DNA from: a virus
Virus record (IMG/VR): IMGVR_UViG_3300018013_000001
Location: 6,028-70,027 of that record
DNA: 64,000 nucleotides
Strand: one strand, 5' to 3'
Shown here one piece after another: positions 44,636-55,432 of the stretch. Below the pieces are notes generated by a model. The model made no database searches and was not told where the DNA came from. It saw only the letters and a program-made list of their open reading frames with translations. The position numbers were made by a program, and so were the translations under genes. Each line of letters starts with the position of its first letter. The stretch's first letter is position 1.

Positions 44636-46288
44636 ATGGGCAACTTCAAAACAATGGAGAGCTACCTCGTAGCTCTCGGATTTTCCGTAGATTCGGTCGG
44701 ATATTCCAAATTCGCCGCCGCTCTTCGTGACGCATCTTCGTTAGTTCAAAACCAAACATCTGGAATCGTGAAGTACATGTTGGGGGCTCAGACCGCCATC
44801 ACCGGTGGATTCGCCGCTGCGGGTGCCTCGGCTCTCGGCATAGTGGACAAGGTGGCGATGGCCGACCAGCAGTACCGGATGCTGGCGCTGCATATGTATA
44901 CCACCACGGGAGTAGCCCGAGAACTGAAGATGGCCACGGACGCGCTGGGCCAGCCGCTCGAAAACATCATTTGGGACCCGGAACTTTCCAGCAGATTCCA
45001 GCACCTCATCGAAATCCAGCGGGCGATGACTAATCAGTTAGGTTCGAGCTTCGAAACGCAGATGGTAAGAATCAGGGATTTGCGCGCTGAGTTCTCGTAC
45101 TTCGGCGTCGAATTGAAATACTTGACCATGAAGGTGGTCAGTGATTTTGGCAAAGTCCTCGGCATAGACATCGACCAGCTCCTCGTGAAGATGCAGGACT
45201 TCAACAAGTGGTTCGTCAACAATCTGCCTTGGATAACGAAATGGTTAGAGAGCAAGCTGAAGCCAGCGATGGTAGACATCAGAAGCGTTCTTTCCGAGAC
45301 TTGGGATCTGCTGAAGCTCGGGGCGGTAGATTTCCAGAATCTCATCGGTCTGCTTTCCGGCGATAAATCCATCGAGGGCACAGCAGCCAGCTTTGACAAG
45401 ATGGCAACTGCCATCCAGCGTTGCATGGGCTGGATAACAGATTTCACTAAGGCTGTGATACATGCGCAGGAAATCTTCCTACACCTCGTGAATGCTGGAT
45501 TGCTCGCAGCAGCGGGAAAATTCACTGATGCCTTGGCAGAATTGAAAGCGGCCAGCGGCCTGATAACCACAGGAAGCACAGCCGTAGTCGGCGCCGCGCT
45601 TGGTGGAGCAGTCGGGGCCGTAACTCCAATCCCTGGAGGAATGGTGGGCGGCGCCGCACTCGGAGGGTCTCTGGCGGGCGGGGCTGCGTCCCTCTATGGA
45701 ACTTTCAAGCATGGTGGATGGACGGAGTTGAAGGCCGCACTTGTTGCCCAGAACGCGCGCACATTGGCGATAGACGCTGGCATGAGGCTTGGCATTCAAC
45801 CTGATTTGATCTACCGGCAATGGCAGGAAGAGACCGCAAATTTTACCGCCATAAATGCCGCCAGCAATCTTGCGGGCATCAAACGTCAAGGAAAACTCGT
45901 GGATTTCCAGACGTTGAAGGATTTTGAGGATTACTACGTCGGCATCTTGAGTGGCAGCAGATATGCGGGACTGCAAAAGCCGTCGAATGTTCAAGATTGG
46001 GCCAAGTATCTCGCAAAGGGTCACTATTACACACACGGCAAAGACTTGCCCGCCACGCCAGAGGAGATGTTCAACTACGCCGCTGGAATGGGACGCTACG
46101 GAGGCATGGAAACTCGTCCCGTCATCATAAATCACAACAACTTCGACATTGACATAACTCATCCCGGGGAGAGCGGTCAACAAATCGGAGATGCGATAGT
46201 AAAGAAACTAAAAGAACATCAGGACAAGCAGTCTCAACGGGTCCAGGCGGATGCCCTGTCTACGTTCTGGGCTTCAGGAGGCCAGTGA
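44636..46288 (+). CDS. Tape measure protein with C-terminal lysozyme-fold (glucosaminidase-like) domain
   Basis: YLVALGF start, helical body, QWQEETANF...NLAGIK...F.TL.DF...Y...YYT. Confidence 0.8.
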   Translation: MGNFKTMESYLVALGFSVDSVGYSKFAAALRDASSLVQNQTSGIVKYMLGAQTAITGGFAAAGASALGIVDKVAMADQQYRMLALHMYTTTGVARELKMATDALGQPLENIIWDPELSSRFQHLIEIQRAMTNQLGSSFETQMVRIRDLRAEFSYFGVELKYLTMKVVSDFGKVLGIDIDQLLVKMQDFNKWFVNNLPWITKWLESKLKPAMVDIRSVLSETWDLLKLGAVDFQNLIGLLSGDKSIEGTAASFDKMATAIQRCMGWITDFTKAVIHAQEIFLHLVNAGLLAAAGKFTDALAELKAASGLITTGSTAVVGAALGGAVGAVTPIPGGMVGGAALGGSLAGGAASLYGTFKHGGWTELKAALVAQNARTLAIDAGMRLGIQPDLIYRQWQEETANFTAINAASNLAGIKRQGKLVDFQTLKDFEDYYVGILSGSRYAGLQKPSNVQDWAKYLAKGHYYTHGKDLPATPEEMFNYAAGMGRYGGMETRPVIINHNNFDIDITHPGESGQQIGDAIVKKLKEHQDKQSQRVQADALSTFWASGGQ

Positions 46289-47007
46289 TGGCAACGTCTT
46301 CTGCTTGGCGTCCGCCCCAGTGGGCTTCCGGCCCATCAGTCAGCACCGTGCTTCTCAAATTTCCGGGTCTTCCTAACGCGGTGCAGTACAGTCCATCAGG
46401 AATAGGAGCAACGCTTCCGACCGCACCGACCACCTATGTGTTTGATGTGGTTATCAGGGTTGGTCATGAGCAGCAGGTCAGGAAGACTGAGCATCCCGTC
46501 CAAACCGGAGCGAACATCTCTGATCATGCGTATGCCATGCCTGCCAGGGTTGTTCTTGACGTTGGCATGTCGGATGCCATGGATTCCTTCACCCTCGGCC
46601 AGTGGGCGGGATCGAGAACGAAAAGCGTTTCAGCATATCAGATTATGCTGGCAATGCAGTATGCGCGTGTTCCATTGGTTCTGGTCACGAAGTTGCGCAC
46701 TTACTCGAACATGATAATCACGTCCATAAGTCCGGAAGAGACGGTCAAGACGATAGCAGGATTGCGAATGCGCGTGGATTTGGAGGAAATATTCGCTGCC
46801 AGCATCGAGACCGTTCAGGATAGTGCGAGGCCGGACGCAACAGAATCCAGCAGTCAGGGGACCGTGGTGGCGACGCCTGTTAGCGCAACCCAGCAGGCGC
46901 AGAACGGCGTGACGGCCGGGATGGGACCGGCGCCGGTCAACTCGCCGGGTGCTGGAGCCTATTCGAGTTGCAACAACAAGAACCTTGATGAACTTCACGG
47001 CCGGTGA
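46288..47007 (+). CDS. Tail tube initiator / Dit-like baseplate protein
   Basis: TEHPVQTGANISDHAY..P, T.LRTY.NM.I motifs. Confidence 0.8.
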   Translation: MATSSAWRPPQWASGPSVSTVLLKFPGLPNAVQYSPSGIGATLPTAPTTYVFDVVIRVGHEQQVRKTEHPVQTGANISDHAYAMPARVVLDVGMSDAMDSFTLGQWAGSRTKSVSAYQIMLAMQYARVPLVLVTKLRTYSNMIITSISPEETVKTIAGLRMRVDLEEIFAASIETVQDSARPDATESSSQGTVVATPVSATQQAQNGVTAGMGPAPVNSPGAGAYSSCNNKNLDELHGR

Positions 47008-47009
47008 CC

Positions 47010-47357
47010 ATGTCTGATCAGATCGTTCCGCTCACGTCCGCTTACAATCAGACCTTCACGGTGGAGCTTCAAGTTGACGGCGCTCCTCTAACCTTGAATC
47101 ATGCGATCCGCTGGTCAGAAATGGCAGGTTACTGGCTCTTGTCGGTGAGTGATTCCGCAGGCAACCTGCTGGTCGATTCCGTTCCCCTAATCACCGGCTG
47201 GTATCCGGCGGCGAATCTTCTCGCCCAACATCAATACCTGAAGATCGGCAGCGCTTACATCCTGAACGCTGGAAACTCGAAGGTCGACTATCCAGGGAGA
47301 AATAATTTGGGCAGTGATTTTGTTTTGCTTTGGGGAGACACAAACGAGGTTGCATGA
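47010..47357 (+). CDS. Baseplate protein
   Basis: NQTF.V.L...W......W...V.D...PL..G..NLL.Q. Confidence 0.75.
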   Translation: MSDQIVPLTSAYNQTFTVELQVDGAPLTLNHAIRWSEMAGYWLLSVSDSAGNLLVDSVPLITGWYPAANLLAQHQYLKIGSAYILNAGNSKVDYPGRNNLGSDFVLLWGDTNEVA

Positions 47358-48373
47358 GCACATCCACACTCTCGCTTTTTGGAAGAGCTTACGCGCTGAC
47401 GGTCACGTCGAGAAACGGGCAAAAGAAGAAACTATCATGCGAGGCGTGGGAGCCCGAGGCGTTGCGCGTCACTTTCGACGTGCTTGAGACGACGCTTCCG
47501 GCCCAAATGTGGTTTGCGGACATAACGATCTACAATGTCAATGAAGCCGAGATGCTTGACTGTTTGTGGAATGCTAGCTGGATCGAACTTGAGGCAGGTT
47601 TTCAGAAAGGGCCGAACAAGTCGTCGCTCATTTGGGGTGGTCCGGTACTCCAGGTCATGTTCGACCGCGAGAACGTGGTGGACTTCAAGATCACATTTAA
47701 CTCCATCGGCGGCGTGCAGTTCTGGCAGGACAACTTCATCAACGCCTCGAATGGTGCGATGTCAAGCCAGTATCAGATAGTCTCAAACATGATCACGCAG
47801 ACCCATGGAAACGTGAAAGATAACATCGGTCCGGTTGCAGCAGAAAAACTAAAGGCAAAACAGTATCCCCGAGGCCGAACTCTTTTTGGAAGCACGGCCA
47901 AATATCTTGCGCAGATCGCGCAGGACAACGGATTGTCTCAATGGATAGCGCAGAACCAAGCATATATGAGCGAACTGGACTCAGGAGTGAACATGACGCC
48001 CGCGATTACTTACGGGCCGCCTTTTCCGCCAGGATACAAGTCGACCGCATCAGAGAAGAACGTCACCAGAAGCATCTTGGGTGTTCCGAAGATGTTTCAA
48101 TACGGGACGATTTTCACGGTGTTGCTCGATCCTCGGCTTGCCGTGGTTGTTCCTCCTCTCCTGGTGCGGCTTGACAAGACAGTCATCACACAGTTCAAGC
48201 TGATTCCGCTGGTCAACCTCCCGGTGGCGCTTGATCAGAACCTCAATCTCATTGCCGCTCAGGTGCGCCATTATGGAGACACGCGCGGGAACGATTGGTG
48301 CACAGAAGTCACCGGATACACGCGGGGCTATGCACAGAAACTTTTGCTCCAAGTTCTCAATGCGGGTAAATGA
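47354..48373 (+). CDS. Baseplate hub protein
   Basis: FGR.Y.L, ITIYN, LEAGF, GDTRGNDW. Confidence 0.8.
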   Translation: MSTSTLSLFGRAYALTVTSRNGQKKKLSCEAWEPEALRVTFDVLETTLPAQMWFADITIYNVNEAEMLDCLWNASWIELEAGFQKGPNKSSLIWGGPVLQVMFDRENVVDFKITFNSIGGVQFWQDNFINASNGAMSSQYQIVSNMITQTHGNVKDNIGPVAAEKLKAKQYPRGRTLFGSTAKYLAQIAQDNGLSQWIAQNQAYMSELDSGVNMTPAITYGPPFPPGYKSTASEKNVTRSILGVPKMFQYGTIFTVLLDPRLAVVVPPLLVRLDKTVITQFKLIPLVNLPVALDQNLNLIAAQVRHYGDTRGNDWCTEVTGYTRGYAQKLLLQVLNAGK

Positions 48374-49092
48374 TGATAGTCAGGTCTCCAGCTCAAATCA
48401 CTCCCGGCCAGATCACTTGTTCCGTAAGTCAGCAGTTCCGCGAAATGATCCGACAGGCTCTCGTTGATCTGCGCGTGTCAATTCCTGCGATAGTCCAATC
48501 TTTCGATTCTGGCACGCAAACGGTCACCGTGCAGATCGCAATCCGCGAACAGGTACAGTCACCGAAAGGCCCGGTAGATACTGCCATCAAGCCGATCATT
48601 AGAGTTCCTCTATTGTTCTTTTCTGGCGGTGGTTTTTCAGTGACATTGCCAGTTGCGCCGGGTGATGAAGGCTGGCTCATCTTCTGCGACATGTGCTTTG
48701 ATCTTTGGTGGGCTCGTGGAGGAGTTCAAGATCAATTTGCTGTCCATCGACATGACGTGTCCGATTGTGGATTCTATCCTGGCGGACGCAGTCAGCCGCG
48801 CAAGCTATCGAACTATTCCACAGCTTCGGCTCAGCTTAGGAGCGACGACGGCTCCGTTATAGTGGACTTGGCCTTAACCGGCATCACGCTGACGGCTCCG
48901 AAGGTTCAAATGATCACGACCGGAGACAGCGACATCACGGCGACCGGCAAGCTGAATCTCTCTGCGGGGAAGATTTCGGTGGGTTCATTGCCGGTCTTTG
49001 CGAGCAACTTATTGGCCTTGGCGGGAGGCTTGACGGCGGGCGATCTCTACAGGAACGGAGCGGACCCGGATCATATCTGCGTGGTTCACTAG
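48370..49092 (+). CDS. Baseplate spike (Gp138-like N-terminal OB fold)
   Basis: PAIVQSFD, VP.....GGF..TLP..PGDEG..IFCD, RHDVSD. Confidence 0.85.
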   Translation: MMIVRSPAQITPGQITCSVSQQFREMIRQALVDLRVSIPAIVQSFDSGTQTVTVQIAIREQVQSPKGPVDTAIKPIIRVPLLFFSGGGFSVTLPVAPGDEGWLIFCDMCFDLWWARGGVQDQFAVHRHDVSDCGFYPGGRSQPRKLSNYSTASAQLRSDDGSVIVDLALTGITLTAPKVQMITTGDSDITATGKLNLSAGKISVGSLPVFASNLLALAGGLTAGDLYRNGADPDHICVVH

Positions 49093-49210
49093 TTTTTCGT
49101 GTATTAAGTGATTTGGTGTATCATCATGCTGGAGAAGGTGATGCTGGCTGGTTTCATCATGGTGATCTTCGTTCTCGGAATCATGGTCGGAAGATGGTCC
49201 AAGGACTGAC

Positions 49211-49600
49211 ATGGCGTTCATTCAATATCTTCGCCTCGATACGTCGAATGATCCGATCCTGATCCCAGACGTGTCATTGACCGACATCAGCGCGGTGGCT
49301 CAGGCGATCCTCACGCGCCTGAGGCTGTTTCAAGCTGAGTGGTGGGAAGACTTGAACGAGGGCACGCCGATGTTCCAATCCATCCTGGGAGCGTCTGGAT
49401 CTCCTAAGAACCAGCAGGCCATGACGCTCGCCCTCATCGAGCGAGTCTCGGGCACGCCGTACGTTTCAGGGCTTCAAGACATCTCGTCACGATTCGACAG
49501 CAGAACCAGAAAGTTTTCGTTTTCAGCGACCGCGCAAACCGCCTTCGGGCCAGTTCCCGTTAGTTTCACTCCCGGAGTGGGAGCGGGTTTAGGGGTTTAA
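49211..49600 (+). CDS. Baseplate wedge protein (gp25/gpW-like)
   Basis: AVAQAILTRLRLFQAEWWEDL.EGTP. Confidence 0.8.
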   Translation: MAFIQYLRLDTSNDPILIPDVSLTDISAVAQAILTRLRLFQAEWWEDLNEGTPMFQSILGASGSPKNQQAMTLALIERVSGTPYVSGLQDISSRFDSRTRKFSFSATAQTAFGPVPVSFTPGVGAGLGV

Positions 49601-49601
49601 G

Positions 49602-50816
49602 ATGGCACCATACGCAGCTCCGAGCATAGGCCCTTCAGGTCTCACGATTCCAGGCTATGAAGATATTTTGAGCGACAACCTTCAAGGGTTTTTGAATCTG
49701 TTTGGCCAGAATCAATATGTTGGACGCGACAGCGCTATATTTCAGCTTCTTTCAATCCTGAGCTTGAAGCAGTCAGATACGATGGAGGCAGCCCAACTTG
49801 CATATAATCAGCGCTCGCCGCTCACGGCGGTCGGCGCGGGGCTGGACGGAATCGTGAAGTTGAACGGGATCGCGCGCGCCGCCTACACGTACTCGACGGC
49901 GCTTGAGACCATCACCGGCACGCCGGGAACGGTCATCGCTAACGGCTTCGTCCAGGACGTGAACGGCAACCAGTGGGCGCTACCCGGACTCGTGACCATA
50001 CCGGGAGGCGGAAGCATCGCCGTAACCGTGACCTGCACGACTCCTGGGAACGTGGTCGCGGAGCCGGGAGAGATCGCGGTCATCGCCACGCCGGTGGGCG
50101 GCTGGCTCACCGCGACCAATGCATCGGCATCCACGCCGGGGCTTCCCGTGGAGAGTGACTCGAAGCTCCGTGCGCGCCAGGCCATCTCGGTGGCCCTCCC
50201 GTCGAGAACGATGCTGGCCGGAACGGTCGCGGAGATCGCGGCGATTCCGGGAGTCACAAGATACAACGTGCTGGAAAACCCAACCGGATCGACGGACACT
50301 TATGGGAATCCCGCGCACTCCGTCACGGCCGTAGTGGAGGGTGGAACGAACCTGGCCGTCGCCACCGCGATCTATGACAACCGGGGAATCGGCTGCCTGA
50401 CGAACGGGAAGGTGAGCGGGTCATCGACGGCACAGACAGTGACGGTGAACGTGACGGATCCCAACACGGGCTACGTGATGGCGATCAGTTTCCTCACTCC
50501 GCTTTACGTGCCCATCTACGTGTCCCTTTCGGTTCACAAGCTGGCAGGGGCGACCAGCGCGACCCTGGCCGCGATCGTAACGGCGGTCGTGAATTATCTG
50601 AACAGCCTCCAGATCGGGGAGAGCGTGACGCTTTCGGCGCTGTACGCTGCGGCGATGGCCGTCACGCCGAATCTCTCCCAGCCGCTGTTCGCAATAGAGG
50701 CTTTGACGTTGGATACTTCGCCAACCCCAACGGGGACCACGGACATCGCCATCGCATTCCAGGAAGTCGCACAGGGAATAGACGATGGAGTTCACGTGAT
50801 CGTGACGAGCGTGTAA
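49602..50816 (+). CDS. Baseplate J-like protein
   Basis: TAVGAGLD, ESDSKLRARQ, PAHSV..VVEGG. Confidence 0.9.
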   Translation: MAPYAAPSIGPSGLTIPGYEDILSDNLQGFLNLFGQNQYVGRDSAIFQLLSILSLKQSDTMEAAQLAYNQRSPLTAVGAGLDGIVKLNGIARAAYTYSTALETITGTPGTVIANGFVQDVNGNQWALPGLVTIPGGGSIAVTVTCTTPGNVVAEPGEIAVIATPVGGWLTATNASASTPGLPVESDSKLRARQAISVALPSRTMLAGTVAEIAAIPGVTRYNVLENPTGSTDTYGNPAHSVTAVVEGGTNLAVATAIYDNRGIGCLTNGKVSGSSTAQTVTVNVTDPNTGYVMAISFLTPLYVPIYVSLSVHKLAGATSATLAAIVTAVVNYLNSLQIGESVTLSALYAAAMAVTPNLSQPLFAIEALTLDTSPTPTGTTDIAIAFQEVAQGIDDGVHVIVTSV

Positions 50817-51464
50817 ATGCCTGCTTTGCCATATCCGCAGACTTACGGGATCGGGGGCTACGGCTCTGGCCTTTATGGGAACCAGCCCATCGAGACGTTG
50901 CCCATTGGTTATTACCTGAGCCTGCTGACGTCGGAATACGCTCTGCCGAACTCTCCGAAGTGGAACGCCTTTCTTTACTTGCTTTTGAAAAAGTTCGACG
51001 ACGTGTCACAATGCCTCGTGCAGATGGACACGGCGTTCGACATCGACTTCGCGGTGGGAGTGCAGCTCGACGCCGTGGGAGTGATCGTGGGCCAGAGCCG
51101 CACCGTGGGATTCCAGCCGAGCGGCGGAGTGAGTCCGGTTCTCGATGACGCAACTTATCGAATCCTGCTCAAAGCAAGAGTAGCTCAGAACCAGTGGGAC
51201 GGAACCATCGGCGGGATGCAGGCAATCTGGCAGAGCCTTTTCCCTTCGGGCCGCATCATCATCGCCGACCAGCAGAACATGACGGCGGACATCCTGGTGA
51301 CCGGATCGTTCACGTCGATCATCGAGGACTTGATTGTGAACGGATACATCGTGCCCAGGCCCGAGGCGGTTTTGTATAACTTCATCTTCCCACACTTCCC
51401 GATGTTCGGCGCCGATCTGGACAATGCTTTCATTGCCGGGGCCGATCTCGGATATACGACGTAA
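50817..51464 (+). CDS. Baseplate wedge protein (DUF2612-type)
   Basis: FDID.AVGVQLD.VG.IVG.SR, LDD.TYR.LLKA....N.WDGT. Confidence 0.85.
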   Translation: MPALPYPQTYGIGGYGSGLYGNQPIETLPIGYYLSLLTSEYALPNSPKWNAFLYLLLKKFDDVSQCLVQMDTAFDIDFAVGVQLDAVGVIVGQSRTVGFQPSGGVSPVLDDATYRILLKARVAQNQWDGTIGGMQAIWQSLFPSGRIIIADQQNMTADILVTGSFTSIIEDLIVNGYIVPRPEAVLYNFIFPHFPMFGADLDNAFIAGADLGYTT

Positions 51465-51473
51465 GGAGCAGAC

Positions 51474-52094
51474 ATGGGCAGCTCGAACTTCTTGCAACAC
51501 AATCCGACGCAGACCAACCAGGAATCTGACAGCTCATATACTGCGGAGTCTCTTCGATCTGGAGGAATCCCAGTAGACGCGATCCTTCCTTCGCCCTGGC
51601 TGAACAAAATCTGGTATCAATGCACGACCGCTGTCGCCGCATTGATGCAGATGATGGCCTCAAAGGGTTATGTTTTGTCGGACGCGAACCTGAACGTGCT
51701 GAGCGGAGTGCTTGCCAACATTTTGACCTGGGCGGATTTTCCGCTCGGCCTGCCCAAGATCACCGCAAAAGTCGATCTTGTAGGATACAGCGGATCAGTC
51801 ATAGCTTACCTGATCACACCTGCTGCGGCTGGATTCTACAGAGTGTCCGCTGAAGCATTCATCTATTCACCTACGGTCACTTCCACGTTGGCCGTTGAGA
51901 TCAATTGGACTCAGAACGGACAGGGACTAAGCGGCACGCTGATACCCTCGACGACGGTGGTCACATCCATCGCGGCTGCGCAAGGTGAGTGTGTCTTGTA
52001 TGGCGATGCCGGAATCCCTATTCAGTACGTGGTGAGTTGGTCTGGACCAGGATTAGATCATTATGACGTGCATATACGATTGGAAGCATTATAG
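51474..52094 (+). CDS. Short tail-fibre / baseplate anchor protein
   Basis: N-terminal S...NK...Q.T....AL.Q fibre-attachment-like segment; no signal peptide. Confidence 0.7.
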   Translation: MGSSNFLQHNPTQTNQESDSSYTAESLRSGGIPVDAILPSPWLNKIWYQCTTAVAALMQMMASKGYVLSDANLNVLSGVLANILTWADFPLGLPKITAKVDLVGYSGSVIAYLITPAAAGFYRVSAEAFIYSPTVTSTLAVEINWTQNGQGLSGTLIPSTTVVTSIAAAQGECVLYGDAGIPIQYVVSWSGPGLDHYDVHIRLEAL

Positions 52095-52114
52095 AATCTG
52101 TGCGTGGTGAGAAC

Positions 52115-55100
52115 ATGAATCTGTCGAGAAAAACCTCTTGGCTTTCACTGTGGTGCATGCTGTTGTGCGTTTCTGCTTTTGCTCAAGGGCCTGTCCTGAC
52201 GACCGTCGCTTACACTTACGCTCGACCGGACGGAAGTTTACCGTCAGGCACGATCAGCATAATGAATCCTCCCTTCACGAGCCCGGACGGGTTCCCAATC
52301 GCGGCAGCGAACAAGACGGCGCAGTTCTTCACGGGAGCGATTTCAGTTCAACTGGTCCCCACTCAGGGTGGAAGTCCTGACAGGCAGCTCTACACCGTGC
52401 TGATAACTCCGCAAGGTAATCCGATGGTGCAGGAATTTTGGTCGGTTCCGCAGTCTGCAGGAGCCGTGAATCACGCAGCCGTGATCTCATACCAGACTCC
52501 CCTGCCGAATCCCTTGATAGGCATACCGGAGGGCGGTACAGGAGCGAGCACGGCTGCTCAGGCGCGTGCTAACCTCGGCATCACCAGCGGAAGCGTCACG
52601 GGATTCAGCGCAGGCAATCTACTTCCTCTTTTCAACTCCTCCGTCGCCACCCCGTCCAGTACGCCAGCCCTGAGCTTCTCTCTTCTGACGACCGAGCCAG
52701 ACTCGATTTTCGGCAATTTTTCAGGAGCGACCGCCCGTCCTGCTTATGGAGGGGGATTGATTTCCTGCGGCGATTCCACTCACGCATTGGGATATTTGAA
52801 CCATGTTTTTGAATGTCAATCTCTGTCGTCTGGCACTCCGCTTCCAGCGAACACCGATCCTTTAGCCGCCGATAGTTTCGGTGCTGCCATCGCCTCGAAA
52901 ACCATCGTCAACGTGATGAACTACGGTGCGAAGTGCGATGCCACGACTGACGACAGCCCAGCGTTCACGGCGGCGGTGGCTGCCATGCCTGGAGGAACGC
53001 CTTATCCAGCACTCAACACGGTTGGAGGTGGCATACTTCTCATTCCGGCCAGTCCCACACCCTGCAACCTGGTCTCTGCGAGGCTGGCAATCACCAAGGC
53101 CAACGTCAAGGTATCGGGGTACGGTGCTTCACTGCTTTGCACGGTTGCCGATGACTGCGTGACGCTGGGCGATCTCACCAACGTCAATTCAGGGATCAAC
53201 AACATAACCATCGAAGGTCTCGCCATCGAGCCGGGCGTGGGCTCGGTTGGGCATTCTGCGATCCGCGACAACGCGCAGGGCACCCGCATCGTGGATGTCA
53301 GCGACGTTTATAACTACACCGGATGGCCAGCGCACTACGGCTTCAACCACTTCATCGAGAACGATGACGACTTCTTTCAGCAAGTCGAGCATCTTTACAT
53401 AAGTGGCGGCACGCTGCGCTGCGACCCGACCTTCTGCGGCTCCTACATTTGGGGGCCGGGGCCGTTTGCTACAAATGCCGGGATCACCTATCTGTCGGGT
53501 GGATTCAATATTTCGCCAGAATGCTCTGGCAATGGGATTGACTGGAACAACAATAACACTCTCAGTATCAGGGATGGGGTGATTGAGGGATATAACCAAT
53601 TTGCTATTCGGGCTTGGGCTAGCAATAACCCTAGCGCCCTTAGTGTGAATCACGTCTACATGGAACGTGGAAGTTGCACCAACCCCTTCGGTAATGTGGG
53701 TAGTGCTGGGGTCATAACTTACAGCCCAACCACTTGGGTTGGCAGTCAACTCGGCGGCGGGAGCGTGCCGGTGTTCACGCATTCCGGCTCGGGCTCAGGC
53801 ACCAACTATCAGTATTACATCGTGGGCAAGAATGCTGGTGGCGCTGTGACCGTTCCGATGAGCGCCGGATACATCACCAATGCTCTGGTGGGCGCGTCTG
53901 ACTCGATCACAACCAACTGGATACATTATGGAGCAACCTCCTACACTATGCTCCGGCAGGAGGGATACGGAGTCATAACCGCAGCTCCATACGGCACGGG
54001 AAATTGGGCCGTAGCTGTCGATCTAGCGGCATCGAGCGCGTGCAACGCTGCGGGCCTTTGCACCTTCGTTGATACGGTGGCGAGTCCGTCGTCTTACACG
54101 GTTAGCACCAGTCCGACCTATTCGCCCACCATCACATTTTGGGGCGGTGCGATTGTTCTTGCTGGTAGCGGCGCAACCTACTCGGGTAGTCCTCTTTCAT
54201 TGGGTGGGATTTTCGTAAGTCCCAACGCTCCCAACGCCGGTCAAATTAACCTGACCGCAGGACCAACCACAGCTTACTATCAAGACCCTGAACCTTTCAG
54301 TCCTGTTCGCATTAATGTCCCCCCAGGTTCAGGAGTCCTGTATCAGCCTCAAAACGCAATCCTGATGGACCAGGGTTATGGGGCGGTTTTAGGGAGTAAA
54401 AAAGGTCTAATTAATTTGGGGCAGGCGTCCAGAGCCTATACTGTAGACACGATTACACTCGGCGACAGTAATCCCAACAAAACGTCCGCATCTATCAGTG
54501 GGCGACCTGCCAGTGATGTTGGAGATGCCGCTGTATGCGTGGATCACGCCGGTACTTGTTTTAGAGACCCGATAGCCCTTACTGAGTACATTAATAGCCT
54601 CGGGAATAATGTAAGTTGGTTGGAGCGGCTGACCGCAAGTCTCAAGATATTCAATGTGCCCTTGACGGCTTTTTCGGTGGCTCAGCTTGTTGCGCCGTTT
54701 TGCGGTTATCTTGCCGATATTCCAACTGGCGGGATGCTCCTCCCTGGCCACCAGTACTGCTATATTGCTACGACTCTGGATTACTTAGGCGAAAGTTATC
54801 ATGACCGACCGGAAGGTTGCATCACGACAGCTAATGACGGGAACAGTACGCATCAAGTCCAAGCGTACTTCAAATCAAATGAAGGGGCCACTAGGGGGTA
54901 CAATGTCTACGGTCGCGAGACGGGCACCGAGCAGTTGATGACCCCATCGCATATTGCCAACACTTGGCCAGACTATTATTTCATCTTTACCGATACTGGT
55001 TCAGTGACCCCCAGCGGGGCGATGCCGACGAAGGATACGACGGGGCAGATTTCGGCTACGCAGTTTAATGGTCGCGTTGCCCATGGAATCAGTTTCACGA

Positions 55101-55432
55101 TGGGTGACCCCGTCAACAATACGGCGCTGACAACCTCGGAAGTCCAGTACGTGACTGTGCCCTTTGCCTGCACGATTCAGGCTTACAACCTCGCCATTGA
55201 TGCAGGCACGATCACGGTTAAATTCTGGAAGGTAGCAAGCGGAACTGCGATCCCCACGGCCTCGAACTCGATCAACACGGCTGGGGTTTCGATTGCAGGT
55301 GGAACTGCCATCCATAGCGGCACACTGACCGATTTCACCACCACCGATGTTGTGACTAATGACATCATGGCAATGGCGGTAACGGCTGTTGCGACCGCCA
55401 AATTCGTGAATGGTGTTCTTCAATGCCAGTGA
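52115..55432 (+). CDS. Tailspike/fibre-like protein with pectate-lyase-like beta-helix and N-terminal signal peptide
   Basis: SWLSLWCMLLCVSAFA|Q; GGTGASTAAQARANLG fibre motif; VNVMNYGAKCD..TDDS.AF beta-helix cap. Confidence 0.7.
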   Translation: MNLSRKTSWLSLWCMLLCVSAFAQGPVLTTVAYTYARPDGSLPSGTISIMNPPFTSPDGFPIAAANKTAQFFTGAISVQLVPTQGGSPDRQLYTVLITPQGNPMVQEFWSVPQSAGAVNHAAVISYQTPLPNPLIGIPEGGTGASTAAQARANLGITSGSVTGFSAGNLLPLFNSSVATPSSTPALSFSLLTTEPDSIFGNFSGATARPAYGGGLISCGDSTHALGYLNHVFECQSLSSGTPLPANTDPLAADSFGAAIASKTIVNVMNYGAKCDATTDDSPAFTAAVAAMPGGTPYPALNTVGGGILLIPASPTPCNLVSARLAITKANVKVSGYGASLLCTVADDCVTLGDLTNVNSGINNITIEGLAIEPGVGSVGHSAIRDNAQGTRIVDVSDVYNYTGWPAHYGFNHFIENDDDFFQQVEHLYISGGTLRCDPTFCGSYIWGPGPFATNAGITYLSGGFNISPECSGNGIDWNNNNTLSIRDGVIEGYNQFAIRAWASNNPSALSVNHVYMERGSCTNPFGNVGSAGVITYSPTTWVGSQLGGGSVPVFTHSGSGSGTNYQYYIVGKNAGGAVTVPMSAGYITNALVGASDSITTNWIHYGATSYTMLRQEGYGVITAAPYGTGNWAVAVDLAASSACNAAGLCTFVDTVASPSSYTVSTSPTYSPTITFWGGAIVLAGSGATYSGSPLSLGGIFVSPNAPNAGQINLTAGPTTAYYQDPEPFSPVRINVPPGSGVLYQPQNAILMDQGYGAVLGSKKGLINLGQASRAYTVDTITLGDSNPNKTSASISGRPASDVGDAAVCVDHAGTCFRDPIALTEYINSLGNNVSWLERLTASLKIFNVPLTAFSVAQLVAPFCGYLADIPTGGMLLPGHQYCYIATTLDYLGESYHDRPEGCITTANDGNSTHQVQAYFKSNEGATRGYNVYGRETGTEQLMTPSHIANTWPDYYFIFTDTGSVTPSGAMPTKDTTGQISATQFNGRVAHGISFTMGDPVNNTALTTSEVQYVTVPFACTIQAYNLAIDAGTITVKFWKVASGTAIPTASNSINTAGVSIAGGTAIHSGTLTDFTTTDVVTNDIMAMAVTAVATAKFVNGVLQCQ